Origin: Sedimentisphaerales bacterium
GTDB lineage: Bacteria; Planctomycetota; Phycisphaerae; Sedimentisphaerales; Anaerobacaceae
Length of the DNA stretch: 64,000 nt
Assembly: GCA_963708075.1 (NCBI GenBank)
Contig: OY970194.1
Span: forward strand, 4,864,001 to 4,928,000
Direction of reading: 5' to 3'
Part shown: positions 54,589 through 64,000 of the stretch, one piece after another
Layout of the letters: every line of letters begins with the position of its first letter
How positions within the stretch are numbered: position 1 is the first letter of the stretch
The notes under the pieces: model-generated
Databases searched by the model: none
Told to the model about the DNA's origin: nothing
The model's input: only the letters and a program-made list of their open reading frames with translations
Translations under genes and position numbers: made by a program

Positions 54589-57060
54589 TCACCCGATGAA
54601 CAGATTCACGTTCGCGGACCCCGCCCGATCGAGGTACATGGCCACGCCGCCCTCTTCCACGCCGTCGATCAGTTCCTCGCGTTTGATGCCCATCAGGTCC
54701 ATGGTCATGGTGCAGGCAACCAATCGCACGCCGCTGTTCCTGGCGGCCGCAATAAGCTCGGGCAGAGAAAGGACGTTTTTCTTTCTCATGATCCCTTTGA
54801 TCATGGCGGTTCCCAAGCCGGCCATGTTCATCTTGGACAGGGTGGTTTTGCCGGCCCCGCGAGGCATCATCCAGCCGAACATCCGCTCGATGAAAGTCTT
54901 GCGGACCGACACGGCTTGCGAGCGGCGAAGCAGGTTCAGACCCCAGAAGGTGAAGAACATCGTCACGTTGCTGCCCATGGCAGACGCCCCGTTGGCGATG
55001 ATAAAAGCGGCCATCGCCTTGTCAAAGGCATCGCTGAAGACCACGAGGGTCTTGTCGGTGGAAGTCCCTGCTTGCACAGGCGTTCCGGAGGCTTGGCCCT
55101 TCTCCACGACGGCGCGAAACACGCCTTTGACGAGCTGCTTCTCGCGCAGCCGGTTGCCGGTGGTGTGACACCAGCCGTCCAGGTCCGCGGCGAAGGCAGG
55201 GTCGGAGACAGAGATTCGCACGGCCTGGCCGGGCTGAATCTGGTCCATGGCCTGCTTGAGCTGCATGATCGGGCCGGGACATTGCAGGCCGCAGGCGTCA
55301 ATCTCCTTAACGATATGAACATGGCCGTCGGAAGCGGGCCGCACGTCCTGGCCGGCCTGGCCTGTGTCGTCTTTGATCTCACGCTGAATCTTAGGTTTGT
55401 CTGACATCAATCCTACCACCTGACCATAGGTCTTGTACCCGCCTGAGAGATTGCGGCAGGCCAGCCCGTTCTGGGAAAGGATGCGGCAAGCCAGGTAACC
55501 CCGCAGGCCGACCTGGCAAAAGACCAGGGCCTCTTTGTCCTTGGGCAGCTCGCCGAGCCGGCTGCGCAGCTCGTCGAGCGGAATGTGCACCGATCCGGGG
55601 ATGGTGCCCTGTTGAACCTCCGGCACGGTGCGCACGTCCAGGAGCAACTGTTTGGGGCCGGGATTCACCACGTCCGCCACGTGACAGATCCGAGCCTCTT
55701 TTCGCAGCACGTTGGCGGCCACAAAACCCGCATAGTTGACGGCGTCCTTGGCCGAGCCGAAAGGCGGGGCATAGGCCAGTTCGAGTTTCTCCAGGTCGTA
55801 CACGGTCATGCCTGCCCGGATGGCCACGGCCAGCACGTCAATCCGCTTGTCCACGCCCTCGGCCCCGACACACTGCGCTCCCAGTATCTTGCCGGTCTCC
55901 GGATCGAAGAGGAGTTTCAGGCTCAGTTGCGTTGCGCCCGGATAGTAGCCGGCGTGATTGGCCGGGTGCACGTAGACTTTCTCGTAGGCCAAGCCCGCCC
56001 GCTTCAGGGCCTTCTCGCTAAGTCCCGTCATGCCGACCGCCAAGTCGAAGACTTTGCAGATGGCAGTGCCCTGAGTCCGCTCATAGACGGCATCTCCGCC
56101 GAGCGCGTTGATGGCGGCGATCCGCCCCTGCCGATTGGCTGGTCCGGCCAGAGGGATCACGGTGGGGAAGCCGCCAACCAGGTCCTGAACCTCCACGGCG
56201 TCACCGACCGCATAAATGTCGGGGTCTGATGTTCGCATATGGTCGTCCACGACGATGCCCTTGCGTTGGCCGATGGTCAGGCCCGCTTCCGCCGCGAGCT
56301 TCACTTCCGGCCGGACGCCCACGGCGAGGATGACTAACCCGCATGGGATGACCCGGCCCGTACTGAGTTGCGCCTCCAACTGGCCGTCCCGGTCTTGAAT
56401 GGCCGTGACACTGTTGCCGAGGCACAGGTCCACACCCTGCAGACGCAGATGTTCGTGCAGGGGCGTGGCCATCTCCGGATCAATCGGGCCCATCACCTGG
56501 GACTCGAGCTCCACCAGCGACACCGCGAGCCCGCGATGCACCAGGACCTCCGTCATCTCCAGGCCGATGTATCCACCGCCAACCACAACCGCAGACTTGG
56601 GCCCGCCCGCATCCACCACGGCTTTGATTGCGTCCATGTCCGCCAGACTGCGGAGGGTGAAGACCCGCTTGTGGTCCGCGCCGGGGATCGGCGGCCGGAC
56701 CGGCTCAGCGCCGGGACTCAGGATCAAAGCATCATAAGGCTGCTCGTATTGTGTGTCTTTGGCTTTGTCATGCACCACCACGGTCTTGGCTTGGCGATTG
56801 ATGCGGATGACCTCACTGCGGGTGCGGACATCGATAGCGAATCGCTGCCGCATCGCCTGGGGGGTTTGTACTAGAAGCCGTACCCGATCCTTGATGATGC
56901 CGCCGACGTGGTAAGGAAGCCCACAGTTGGCGAACGAAATATCGCCGCCTCGTTCAAACAGAACGATCTCGGCCTCTTCACTGATCCGCCTGGCCTTGGC
57001 CGCCGCCGACGCACCCCCTGCCACCCCACCCACAATCACAATCCGCTTACGTTGCCCCAT
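54589..57060 (-). CDS. CoA-disulfide reductase-rhodanese-TusA-DsrE fusion
   Basis: GGVAGG, SFANCGLPY and YAPPF; rhodanese FCQVGLRG; TusA DACGLQCPGP; DsrE-like FFTFWGL...ACTMTM. Confidence 0.9.
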   Translation of the reverse strand: MGQRKRIVIVGGVAGGASAAAKARRISEEAEIVLFERGGDISFANCGLPYHVGGIIKDRVRLLVQTPQAMRQRFAIDVRTRSEVIRINRQAKTVVVHDKAKDTQYEQPYDALILSPGAEPVRPPIPGADHKRVFTLRSLADMDAIKAVVDAGGPKSAVVVGGGYIGLEMTEVLVHRGLAVSLVELESQVMGPIDPEMATPLHEHLRLQGVDLCLGNSVTAIQDRDGQLEAQLSTGRVIPCGLVILAVGVRPEVKLAAEAGLTIGQRKGIVVDDHMRTSDPDIYAVGDAVEVQDLVGGFPTVIPLAGPANRQGRIAAINALGGDAVYERTQGTAICKVFDLAVGMTGLSEKALKRAGLAYEKVYVHPANHAGYYPGATQLSLKLLFDPETGKILGAQCVGAEGVDKRIDVLAVAIRAGMTVYDLEKLELAYAPPFGSAKDAVNYAGFVAANVLRKEARICHVADVVNPGPKQLLLDVRTVPEVQQGTIPGSVHIPLDELRSRLGELPKDKEALVFCQVGLRGYLACRILSQNGLACRNLSGGYKTYGQVVGLMSDKPKIQREIKDDTGQAGQDVRPASDGHVHIVKEIDACGLQCPGPIMQLKQAMDQIQPGQAVRISVSDPAFAADLDGWCHTTGNRLREKQLVKGVFRAVVEKGQASGTPVQAGTSTDKTLVVFSDAFDKAMAAFIIANGASAMGSNVTMFFTFWGLNLLRRSQAVSVRKTFIERMFGWMMPRGAGKTTLSKMNMAGLGTAMIKGIMRKKNVLSLPELIAAARNSGVRLVACTMTMDLMGIKREELIDGVEEGGVAMYLDRAGSANVNLFIG

Positions 57061-57320
57061 ACCAATCCTATTCCCATTGAGACCTCACGACGCCACCATA
57101 CCCACGCACCAGTTATACCCCCTCCCCCCCACCCCGGTTCACGCACAATATACCCCCAAGAGCCCCTCGCATACAGCCGCCCCGGCAAGGTTCCATCAGG
57201 AACACAGGAGACGTCCGTCCCCGGTCAGTCGGACGGCCCTCCGCTCATTTTGCCACCCCCGCAATGTGGTTTCTCGACTCACGCGCGCCTTGAGAATCAG
57301 CGCCGTTTCGCATGCAAGCT

Positions 57321-59789
57321 CTACGACCAGATACGACACCACCTCGACAGGGCCCACCTGAATGACGCCCAGCCTACCCTCTCGCACTCCGCCAGTACCG
57401 TGCGCGCTTCTTCGAGGGTGGGCGAACGGAGCTTCGTCAAGATTTCCACCGCACGCCGTGCGTAGGGCAAGCCCTCCGCCTGCTTTCCCTGCCGGCCTAA
57501 GGCATGAGCAAGTCGAAAGCAGTTCTCCGCAATCACTTTCTCATGGCGGAGCCTCTCGGAAAGGCGCAAGGCGTCCCTTGCCAAAGCTTCGGCTTCAAGC
57601 CAATCCTTCCGGTCCAAGGCAAGAGCAGCCAACAGCCCCGTGTAGGTAGCCACCCCGTTTCGGTAGTGGACAGCACGTGCCACACTCAGCGCTTCATGAT
57701 AGTAGTCTTCCGCTACAGCAAAACGCCCGGATAGGCGTTCGACATCGGCAATGTCCTTCAGGGCAACCGCCTCGTGAGCAGTGCCCCTGGATGACTCGCG
57801 GCAAAGAGCGAGAGCCTCTTGATGACTCCCAATGGCTGTGACGTAATCCTGTTTTAACCGGGCGTAGAGGCCGCACAGACGCTTGGCCTTCGATTGCTCA
57901 AGAGCAGCGGTAGGAGCCGCTCCCCAATGAAGTGCTGCGCAATTCGCGCACCCCTTCACAGCTTCTGCCTCGCCTCGCACGTAGTGGACGTAGCCGGCCT
58001 GGTAGGTCCGCCATCCGGCATTATGGTGATCGCCAGCAGCCAAGGCCTTGGCTTCGGCCTTCTGATTGAGCGAGAGCCGTTCATCCCAGCGCCCGGTAAA
58101 GTTCAGAAAATCGGAGAGGTGCTCACACACGTGTTGAAGCCGGTCATTGGGCCCGGCAAGGAAGAGGGGCAGGGCCGAAGCCACGATGGGCCAGGCGGTA
58201 TCGAGCATTGGGAAATGCTCGTGCTTCTTCCCTCCGTTCTCAGTGACAAGCGTATAAGCGCGATTCTCCAGCCGGTTGCCGGTTTCTGCGACGACTCCGG
58301 GCCGTTTGCGCCGCAGGAACTCGGCGACCATCGGCACGAGGGTGAAGGCTTCTGCCCCCTGATCGGGGACAACGAGGGAGTGGTTGGCGAGGCTGCATAG
58401 CGCGATTTTGACCAGATCTTCTTGGAGATCCACGACATCGGCGACGTGCTCCACTCTTGCCGGAAGGGTGAAATGAGTGAGAGCGCAGAGCACGAGCGTC
58501 TCGTCTGCGGTGAACTCCTCCACGAGATCGTCGAAGATGAATCCCAGGGGGTTGTCTTTGGGTGGGCAAGTGCTTAGGAAGTGCAGGGCGTCGTCGAACG
58601 TGCGGCAACTGCCGCGGCCGAGTTGCCCCGCCAGCCAGCGCAGGAGCAGTGGCTTGCCGCCGGTCCGCTCATAGAGGGCGAGGCGCTGTGCCTCGCTGGT
58701 TCTGTGGAGCAGGTCGTTATGTTGGGCGAGATCAGCAAGGGTCGCCAGCGCGGCAACCTGGTCGAGCCGTTCGAGCATGAGTTCCTCGGAGCCGAAGCCG
58801 ATACGGCGGCGGCTAGTGAGAATGGCCTTGCAGCCCTGGGGCAGGCGTTTGACAAAGGTGAAAAGCTGGTCGCAGTCGGACTCGGGGAAGGATTCGAGAT
58901 TGTCAAGGATCAGCAGCGCCTTCGTGGAGCGCAGAGTATCAAGCAGAAGGCGGACACGCCGGTCCGCCGGGGCCTCTGTGATTCCCACCTGCCCCAACTC
59001 GCGAGCAAGCTCGTTGAGCATTTCGAGAAAGCCTGGCAGAACGAAGGGTCCGAGCACGTGCACGCCTTCGTCGTCCAACTCGCGTTGTTTCGCGGACAAG
59101 AAGATGATTCGCTGGAACTGGTCGGGCGTGCAGTCGTAAGCAGCCCGGACGGCGAGCGAGGTCTTGCCCATGCCGCCGGGCCCGTCGATCAATACACCCC
59201 AAGTGCGGTTCTCGGGATCAAGGGCTTCTCTGATCTGCTTCAATTCCTCCGTGCGCCCGAAGAACGGCTGGATGCGCGGAAGGTTGTTGGGAACGGCCGT
59301 GGAAAGGGGCTTATGATCGTCATCGGGAGGCTTGGTGTAGTAGTCCTTGGACTTGCCCTCATTCAGGGCGAGACGTTCGAGGATGAGATCGGCGGCCTGC
59401 TCGGGCGTCAAGTCATCGAGGTCAGTATAGCCGGCGAGGCCGTGAAGACCCTTGCCTTCGACACACCCGAAGCGAGTCAGCATGACTTCTTCGACCTTGC
59501 GTTTCTTCAGCAGGCCGAAGATGGCATTCCACTCCAAGCCGCACCACTCCTTCTTATCGTAGTCCGGGCAGAAGACCGCAACGACAAGGTCAGCCTCCTT
59601 TTCATAGAGGTCCGGCAGATAGAAGGCGAGGTCACTGCGCGAGAATTCCGCCTTGTGATACTTGTCATACAAGATTTTCGGCTCGCCGAAATGATTGGCG
59701 AGGATCGCCGCAACCCTGGAGATAAAGTCCCGTTTCTCCCCAGCAAAGGAGAAGGCGACGCGGAATCGTTTGGCGTTTGGGTCAGGCAT
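57321..59789 (-). CDS. TIR + NB-ARC/STAND ATPase + TPR protein
   Basis: VAFSFAGE..., KEWCGLEW (TIR with catalytic Glu), FFGR..EL, GPGGMGKT, LLILDNLE, ILTSR and GKPL; C-terminal TPRs. Confidence 0.88.
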   Translation of the reverse strand: MPDPNAKRFRVAFSFAGEKRDFISRVAAILANHFGEPKILYDKYHKAEFSRSDLAFYLPDLYEKEADLVVAVFCPDYDKKEWCGLEWNAIFGLLKKRKVEEVMLTRFGCVEGKGLHGLAGYTDLDDLTPEQAADLILERLALNEGKSKDYYTKPPDDDHKPLSTAVPNNLPRIQPFFGRTEELKQIREALDPENRTWGVLIDGPGGMGKTSLAVRAAYDCTPDQFQRIIFLSAKQRELDDEGVHVLGPFVLPGFLEMLNELARELGQVGITEAPADRRVRLLLDTLRSTKALLILDNLESFPESDCDQLFTFVKRLPQGCKAILTSRRRIGFGSEELMLERLDQVAALATLADLAQHNDLLHRTSEAQRLALYERTGGKPLLLRWLAGQLGRGSCRTFDDALHFLSTCPPKDNPLGFIFDDLVEEFTADETLVLCALTHFTLPARVEHVADVVDLQEDLVKIALCSLANHSLVVPDQGAEAFTLVPMVAEFLRRKRPGVVAETGNRLENRAYTLVTENGGKKHEHFPMLDTAWPIVASALPLFLAGPNDRLQHVCEHLSDFLNFTGRWDERLSLNQKAEAKALAAGDHHNAGWRTYQAGYVHYVRGEAEAVKGCANCAALHWGAAPTAALEQSKAKRLCGLYARLKQDYVTAIGSHQEALALCRESSRGTAHEAVALKDIADVERLSGRFAVAEDYYHEALSVARAVHYRNGVATYTGLLAALALDRKDWLEAEALARDALRLSERLRHEKVIAENCFRLAHALGRQGKQAEGLPYARRAVEILTKLRSPTLEEARTVLAECERVGWASFRWALSRWCRIWS

Positions 59790-59895
59790 ACGTCGCACCT
59801 TGTCGCTTCCGGCAGCCGCATCGGGACAGGGCACCAGAACAAGATTGCGGCCGGCGGTTCTCATACGCACTTCATGTCCCATCGATACAAGTAAG

Positions 59896-59924
59896 AGGAT
59901 ACCGCCAAATTGGCCGCGTGTCAA
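59896..59924 (-). promoter_or_regulatory. sigma70 promoter of TIR-NB-ARC gene
   Basis: TTGACA, 17 bp, TATCCT. Confidence 0.65.
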
Positions 59925-59930
59925 TGGCTA

Positions 59931-61076
59931 AGTAGGTAGCCAAAAGTTTTCACAGGAACGATTCTCTTCGCGTGTATGATGGGGTACATGCGAAGAACGA
60001 AGAGCGCCTCAGAACGTGGTTTCGATCGATATGATAAACATCGTCTTACGCGGGCCTTACAGGGGGTCGCTGACATTCGCACCTACCGGCGTATCGAAGC
60101 GATCCTGTTGGTGGCCCAGGGTCGGACGGTTCCGGAAGCAGCGCAGATCACCGGGACCCGGCCGTGGAGCGTCTATCGCTGGGTGCGGGCCTATCTGCAC
60201 ACCCATTGTCCAGACCGCCTGCAGGACGCACCGCGTTCCGGACGGCCTCCGGTCGCCACGCCGATCACGGACGCCCGTCTGGTACGCGAGTTCCGCCGGG
60301 ACCCGATGCGTTTGGGCTATCGCGCCACGGGTTGGACGGTGTCCTTGCTGGCAGATCACCTCCAGCAAAGGTACGGGTGTGCAATCTCGCCTCGTACCCT
60401 GCGGCGGCGGATGCGGGACTTGGATCTGCGGTGGAAACGTCCCCGGTATGTCTATGCGACCAAGGACCCGAACCGAGCCCAGAAAAAGGGGGCCTGGTTC
60501 GCCGCCTGAAACGGATGCCGGCGCTGGCGGTGCTGTTGTTTTCGGATGCGACCATCCTCCGCTGGTTTCCGCCCTTGCGCTATGTGTGGGCGTTTCGCGG
60601 CGAACAGGCGCAGGTCAAGATCACGGGCCAAAACGACAAACGGGTTCTGTTCGGCACGATCAATCCACGAACCGGACACCGGGTGGTCCTGCGTCGGCCC
60701 CGCCAGCGGCAAGAGGACTTTCAAGCCTTCCTGCGGGAGTTGCGGCGACGGTATCCCGGACGCCCGATTTGGCTGTTGCTGGACAAGGCCTCTTTTCATC
60801 AGGCGATCAAAAGCCAACGACTGGCCACCCACTTGGAGGTGACCCTCTTGTGGTTGCCGAAGCAGTGCCCGGAACTGAACTCTCAGGATCATCTCTGGAA
60901 GGAGTTGAAACGGTTGATTGCGGCCAATCGCCAGTTCCAAACGATTGATGATGAGGCGGCCTACGCGGAACAGTGGCTCTTGGGACTAACTGCGACCCAG
61001 GGCCTCCGCAAAGCCGGTGTCTTGTCGGCGGATTTCTGGCTCAAGGCTTTTGTGTGAAGACTTTTGGCTACCTACT
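59931..61076 (+). mobile_element. IS630-family insertion sequence
   Basis: 24-bp terminal IRs (agtaggtagccaaaagt[t/c]ttcaca, one mismatch). TA duplicated at 59929-30 and 61077-78; the empty site would read CTAG. Confidence 0.95.
59976..61057 (+). CDS. IS630 transposase, two ORFs joined by -1 frameshift
   Basis: orfA is HTH (PRSGRPP, LRWKRPR). Slippery AAAAAGGGGG at 60483-60492. orfB is DDE-like (FSDA, LLDKASFH, PELNSQDHLW). Confidence 0.9.
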
Positions 61077-61156
61077 TAGTGGGACGGGAAGGGACAAGGC
61101 AGCGGTGTGCACAGCACACCCTACCGGCTCTCGCCGGCGCACAAGCAGAGTCTGTC

Positions 61157-62392
61157 TTATTCGGGGTACTGGAGGTACCTGGCCCGCATCTGCTGGAAGG
61201 TTTCGCACTCGGCGTCCCAACGCTTCCGCAAGTCTTCGAGAGGTGAGCCGGCAAGGATGGCTTTGCGGATGGTGCCGGTGCCGCAGAGACGGTCGAAATG
61301 AGTCGTTCGCCATTCGAGCTGGTCTTTGTGCAGGGCATGGATCGCGGCAACGATCTCCACGCCGGTCCGGAAGGGTTCGAGCTTGTCGCGGTCGGTGACG
61401 GCGAGCTTGATGCCCCGGCATAGCCGGTCTTTGTGCTTGGAGGACGTGGGCGTGAATGTGGTTGTCGCGAAGGAGATGCCGGGCAGGCGCAGCTCGTTCA
61501 GGCGGGTGCAGAGCTTGTCCGCATTCAGCCACGGCGCCCCGAACTGGCGGAAGGGCATGGTCGTGCCGCGGCCTTCGGAGAGGTTCGTGCCCTCCAGCAG
61601 GCACAGGCCGGGATAGATCGTCGCCGTCTCCAGGTCCGGCATGTTCGGCGACGGCTTGATAAAGGGCAGGCCCGTCCCGTCGTACCACATGCGGCGATTC
61701 CAGCCCGTCATGGGTACGACGACAAGGTCCGCTTTCACGCTTTTCGCCAGCCAGCCCTCGCCGTTGATCATCTTCGCCAGCTCGCCGACGGTCACGCCGG
61801 TCCGCACGGGGATGGGGTACAGGCCCACGAAGGTGGCGAACGCCGGTTCGAGGATCGGACCCTCGATCTGCAGACCATTGATCGGGTCTGGCCGGTCCAG
61901 AACGACAAATCGCTTGCCGTTTTCCGCGGCCGCCTCCATCGCCAGTGACATCGTATAGAGATAGGTATAGAATCGCGCCCCCACGTCCTGAATGTCGAAG
62001 ACCAGGACATCGACGTCGGCCAGCATGGCAGGCGTGGGCTTATTGATCTTGCCATAGAGACTGTGGACAGGCAGGCCGGACACGGGATCAGTCTCATTGC
62101 CCACCTTCGCCCCGGCCTCCTCGGTGCCGCGCAGGCCATGCTCGGGGCTGAACAGGGCGACCACCCGCACGTCAGGCAACTCCCGAAACACATCGACAAT
62201 GTGTCTGCCTTGGCTATTATAGGACGTATGATTGGCAATAATACCGACGCGCTTGCCTCGGAACAGATCCTTATGCTCCCCAACATTATCCAGCCCGGTC
62301 CGCACCGCCGCCGGGCAGCAGCCCACCAGCCATCCAGCCGCCATGATACAGGCCGGAACCCACATAGAGACAGGTTGAGCGATCATGGGCAT
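61157..62392 (-). CDS. namZ: Exo-beta-N-acetylmuramidase (DUF1343)
   Basis: NHT, FSPEHG, FDIQDVGARFYTY, LDRP.P, PSPNMP and SEGRGT..PF. Confidence 0.9.
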   Translation of the reverse strand: MPMIAQPVSMWVPACIMAAGWLVGCCPAAVRTGLDNVGEHKDLFRGKRVGIIANHTSYNSQGRHIVDVFRELPDVRVVALFSPEHGLRGTEEAGAKVGNETDPVSGLPVHSLYGKINKPTPAMLADVDVLVFDIQDVGARFYTYLYTMSLAMEAAAENGKRFVVLDRPDPINGLQIEGPILEPAFATFVGLYPIPVRTGVTVGELAKMINGEGWLAKSVKADLVVVPMTGWNRRMWYDGTGLPFIKPSPNMPDLETATIYPGLCLLEGTNLSEGRGTTMPFRQFGAPWLNADKLCTRLNELRLPGISFATTTFTPTSSKHKDRLCRGIKLAVTDRDKLEPFRTGVEIVAAIHALHKDQLEWRTTHFDRLCGTGTIRKAILAGSPLEDLRKRWDAECETFQQMRARYLQYPE

Positions 62393-62811
62393 GAATACCC
62401 CCTGTAGGCAAGCTGCCGGGCGCGCCACGCCATGAGGTCTTCGTATTCGGCGCAGGTTCGGACGTAAAACTCAGAGAAATCGTCTTCGCGGCCGGGGTGG
62501 ATAAACAGGACACGTCCTTTCAGCGCCTCGTGCCGAAGTACGGGCCCCGCCGTATCGAGCACCGTCAGATCGCAGGTGACGCCGCAGGCCTCCTCGACCT
62601 TGCCCGCGATTTCCAGAAGTCGATCTATGCTTTGGGCGTCCGCGCTCGTCAATGACACACCAATGTCTAGATCGGATCCTGCGTGCACGATGCCATCCCG
62701 GGCCGAGCCGAAAACTATTGCATACTCAATAGACTCGCTGCCGGCCAAAACGGAAGCAAGACGCTGCAAGTCAATCGCCTTGCCCTCCGTCGCCGCTGAT
62801 GGAATAGCCAT
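62383..62811 (-). CDS. Minimal nucleotidyltransferase (MNT/MntA-like)
   Basis: FGSARDG....SDLDIGV...CDLTVL. Promoter TTGACA-17-TATAGT at 62910-62882. The start could instead be 62838 or 62865. Confidence 0.8.
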   Translation of the reverse strand: MAIPSAATEGKAIDLQRLASVLAGSESIEYAIVFGSARDGIVHAGSDLDIGVSLTSADAQSIDRLLEIAGKVEEACGVTCDLTVLDTAGPVLRHEALKGRVLFIHPGREDDFSEFYVRTCAEYEDLMAWRARQLAYRGYSCP

Positions 62812-63423
62812 CCGGTGTTTGCGTGATCCGGCTTTCACGTCGCTGTCTCCACATATCTCAATCAAGTACAGGACTCTCCCGACTATAGGGGGCAGGCAGG
62901 AGGATGTCAAGCAGGCGTGCGCGGTGATCGCCAAACGCGACGGGGCGCTGCTGGGAAGATGGTTCTATCTGCATCAGCACTATTCTCGGACTTCTCCGCC
63001 GGACCTGTGCCGGCAAAGGAGGGGGATATTGGGCGGATGCGCTTGCCGGTCCGTTCTCAAGGGGACGTCCCTGCAAATTGTGCAAGCCTCGTTCAAAATG
63101 CAAGGATCGTGGGGCCGACACGCCATTCAGCAGCGGGAATCAGCCGGAGAAGGGGCCGGCTGGCGAACCCAATGCGTCGGAGTCCGTAAAAATTAGGGAA
63201 TTTCCTCTTGCATTTGTGTCGATGCTGAGGTATCCTATTTGTTTTCCTCGCTTCTGGTGATGGAGGGGGGTATGGCTACCTACCAGTCACCTAGAATTCA
63301 CGGTGATCTTCGGAATTTGCGGGGACTCACCAACCGATAAGCGAGTACGTACTATCGCCGGGCTATCGGAATACCCGGCTGGTGGGAAGAAATATTGTCT
63401 TTGAACGACTGTTGTTGACGAAC

Positions 63424-64000
63424 ATGGAAAAGATCGGAAAGATTCGAAACATTGGAATATCGGCGCATATCGACTCGGGCAAGACGACCCTGAGCGAGCG
63501 CATTCTATACTATTGCGGCCGGATTCACCGGATGCAGGAGGTCCACGACGGCGACGGGGAGGGCGGCGCGACCATGGACTTCATGGACCTGGAGCGTGAG
63601 CGCGGCATCACGATCAAGTCGGCCGCCACGCAGGTCGCCTGGCGGGGCAACAGCATCAACCTGATCGACACCCCCGGCCACGTGGATTTCACGGTCGAGG
63701 TCGAACGGTCGCTGCGCGTGCTCGACGGAGCGATCATGATCCTGTGCGCCGTCGGCGGCGTGCAGAGCCAGTCGTTCACTGTCGATCAGCAGATGAAACG
63801 CTATCGCGTGCCGCGAATCGCCTTCATCAATAAGATGGACCGCGTCGGCGCCGACCCGGACCGGGTGCGCCGCGATATCCGCGAGAAGCTCGGCCTCAAC
63901 GCCGTGCCGATCCAACTGAATATGGGCATCGCCGAGGGCTTCCAGGGCGTGATCGACCTGATCACGATGGAAGCAGTTACGTTTGAGGGTGAGGATGGGG
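63424..64000 (+). CDS. fusA: Elongation factor G (3' truncated by window)
   Basis: Manual translation: [28 protein letters not shown]...ERERGITI...[10 protein letters not shown]...FINKMDR. Promoter TTGCAT-17-TATCCT at 63208-63236. Confidence 0.96.
   Translation, partial: MEKIGKIRNIGISAHIDSGKTTLSERILYYCGRIHRMQEVHDGDGEGGATMDFMDLERERGITIKSAATQVAWRGNSINLIDTPGHVDFTVEVERSLRVLDGAIMILCAVGGVQSQSFTVDQQMKRYRVPRIAFINKMDRVGADPDRVRRDIREKLGLNAVPIQLNMGIAEGFQGVIDLITMEAVTFEGEDG

Overview
GC-rich bacterial chromosome segment, most consistent with a Planctomycetota (Phycisphaerae/Sedimentisphaerales-like) genome. This is inferred from the ECF-sigma/Ser-Thr-kinase pair, GLUG, LamG and PEP-CTERM-like proteins, a dcw remnant without ftsA/ftsZ, and an EF-G with the [12 protein letters not shown] motif. 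Housekeeping genes: murC, murB, ddl, an ftsQ-like gene, murA, purF, fusA (partial) and namZ. Secreted and catabolic genes: GH2 beta-galactosidase, S8 protease, serine hydrolase, metallophosphoesterase and a PQQ propeller. Defence and accessory modules: vapBC in a direct-repeat cassette, Hachiman hamAB, a C-protein/REase/PvuII-like MTase restriction-modification operon, a TIR-NB-ARC-TPR protein, an orphan MNT, an intact IS630, a tRNA(CAT) remnant and many REP-like palindromes. The most unusual element is a ~2 kb repeat-bounded island (34.6-36.7 kb). In it, a consensus promoter overlapped by a palindromic operator is followed by a boxA-like signal and a ~600-nt leader with five repeated strong Shine-Dalgarno motifs. 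Three of these drive 2-4 codon minigenes (MKH*, MSVV*, MG*), and the leader ends at an 89-aa orphan ORF and an XRE regulator. Also notable are a candidate ~75-nt sRNA with an anti-SD loop (21.0 kb) and a four-helix-bundle gene enclosed by 33-nt inverted arms inside the dcw operon. Several genes carry single-base frameshifts that may be assembly errors. All family calls come from motif recognition by eye, not from database searches.
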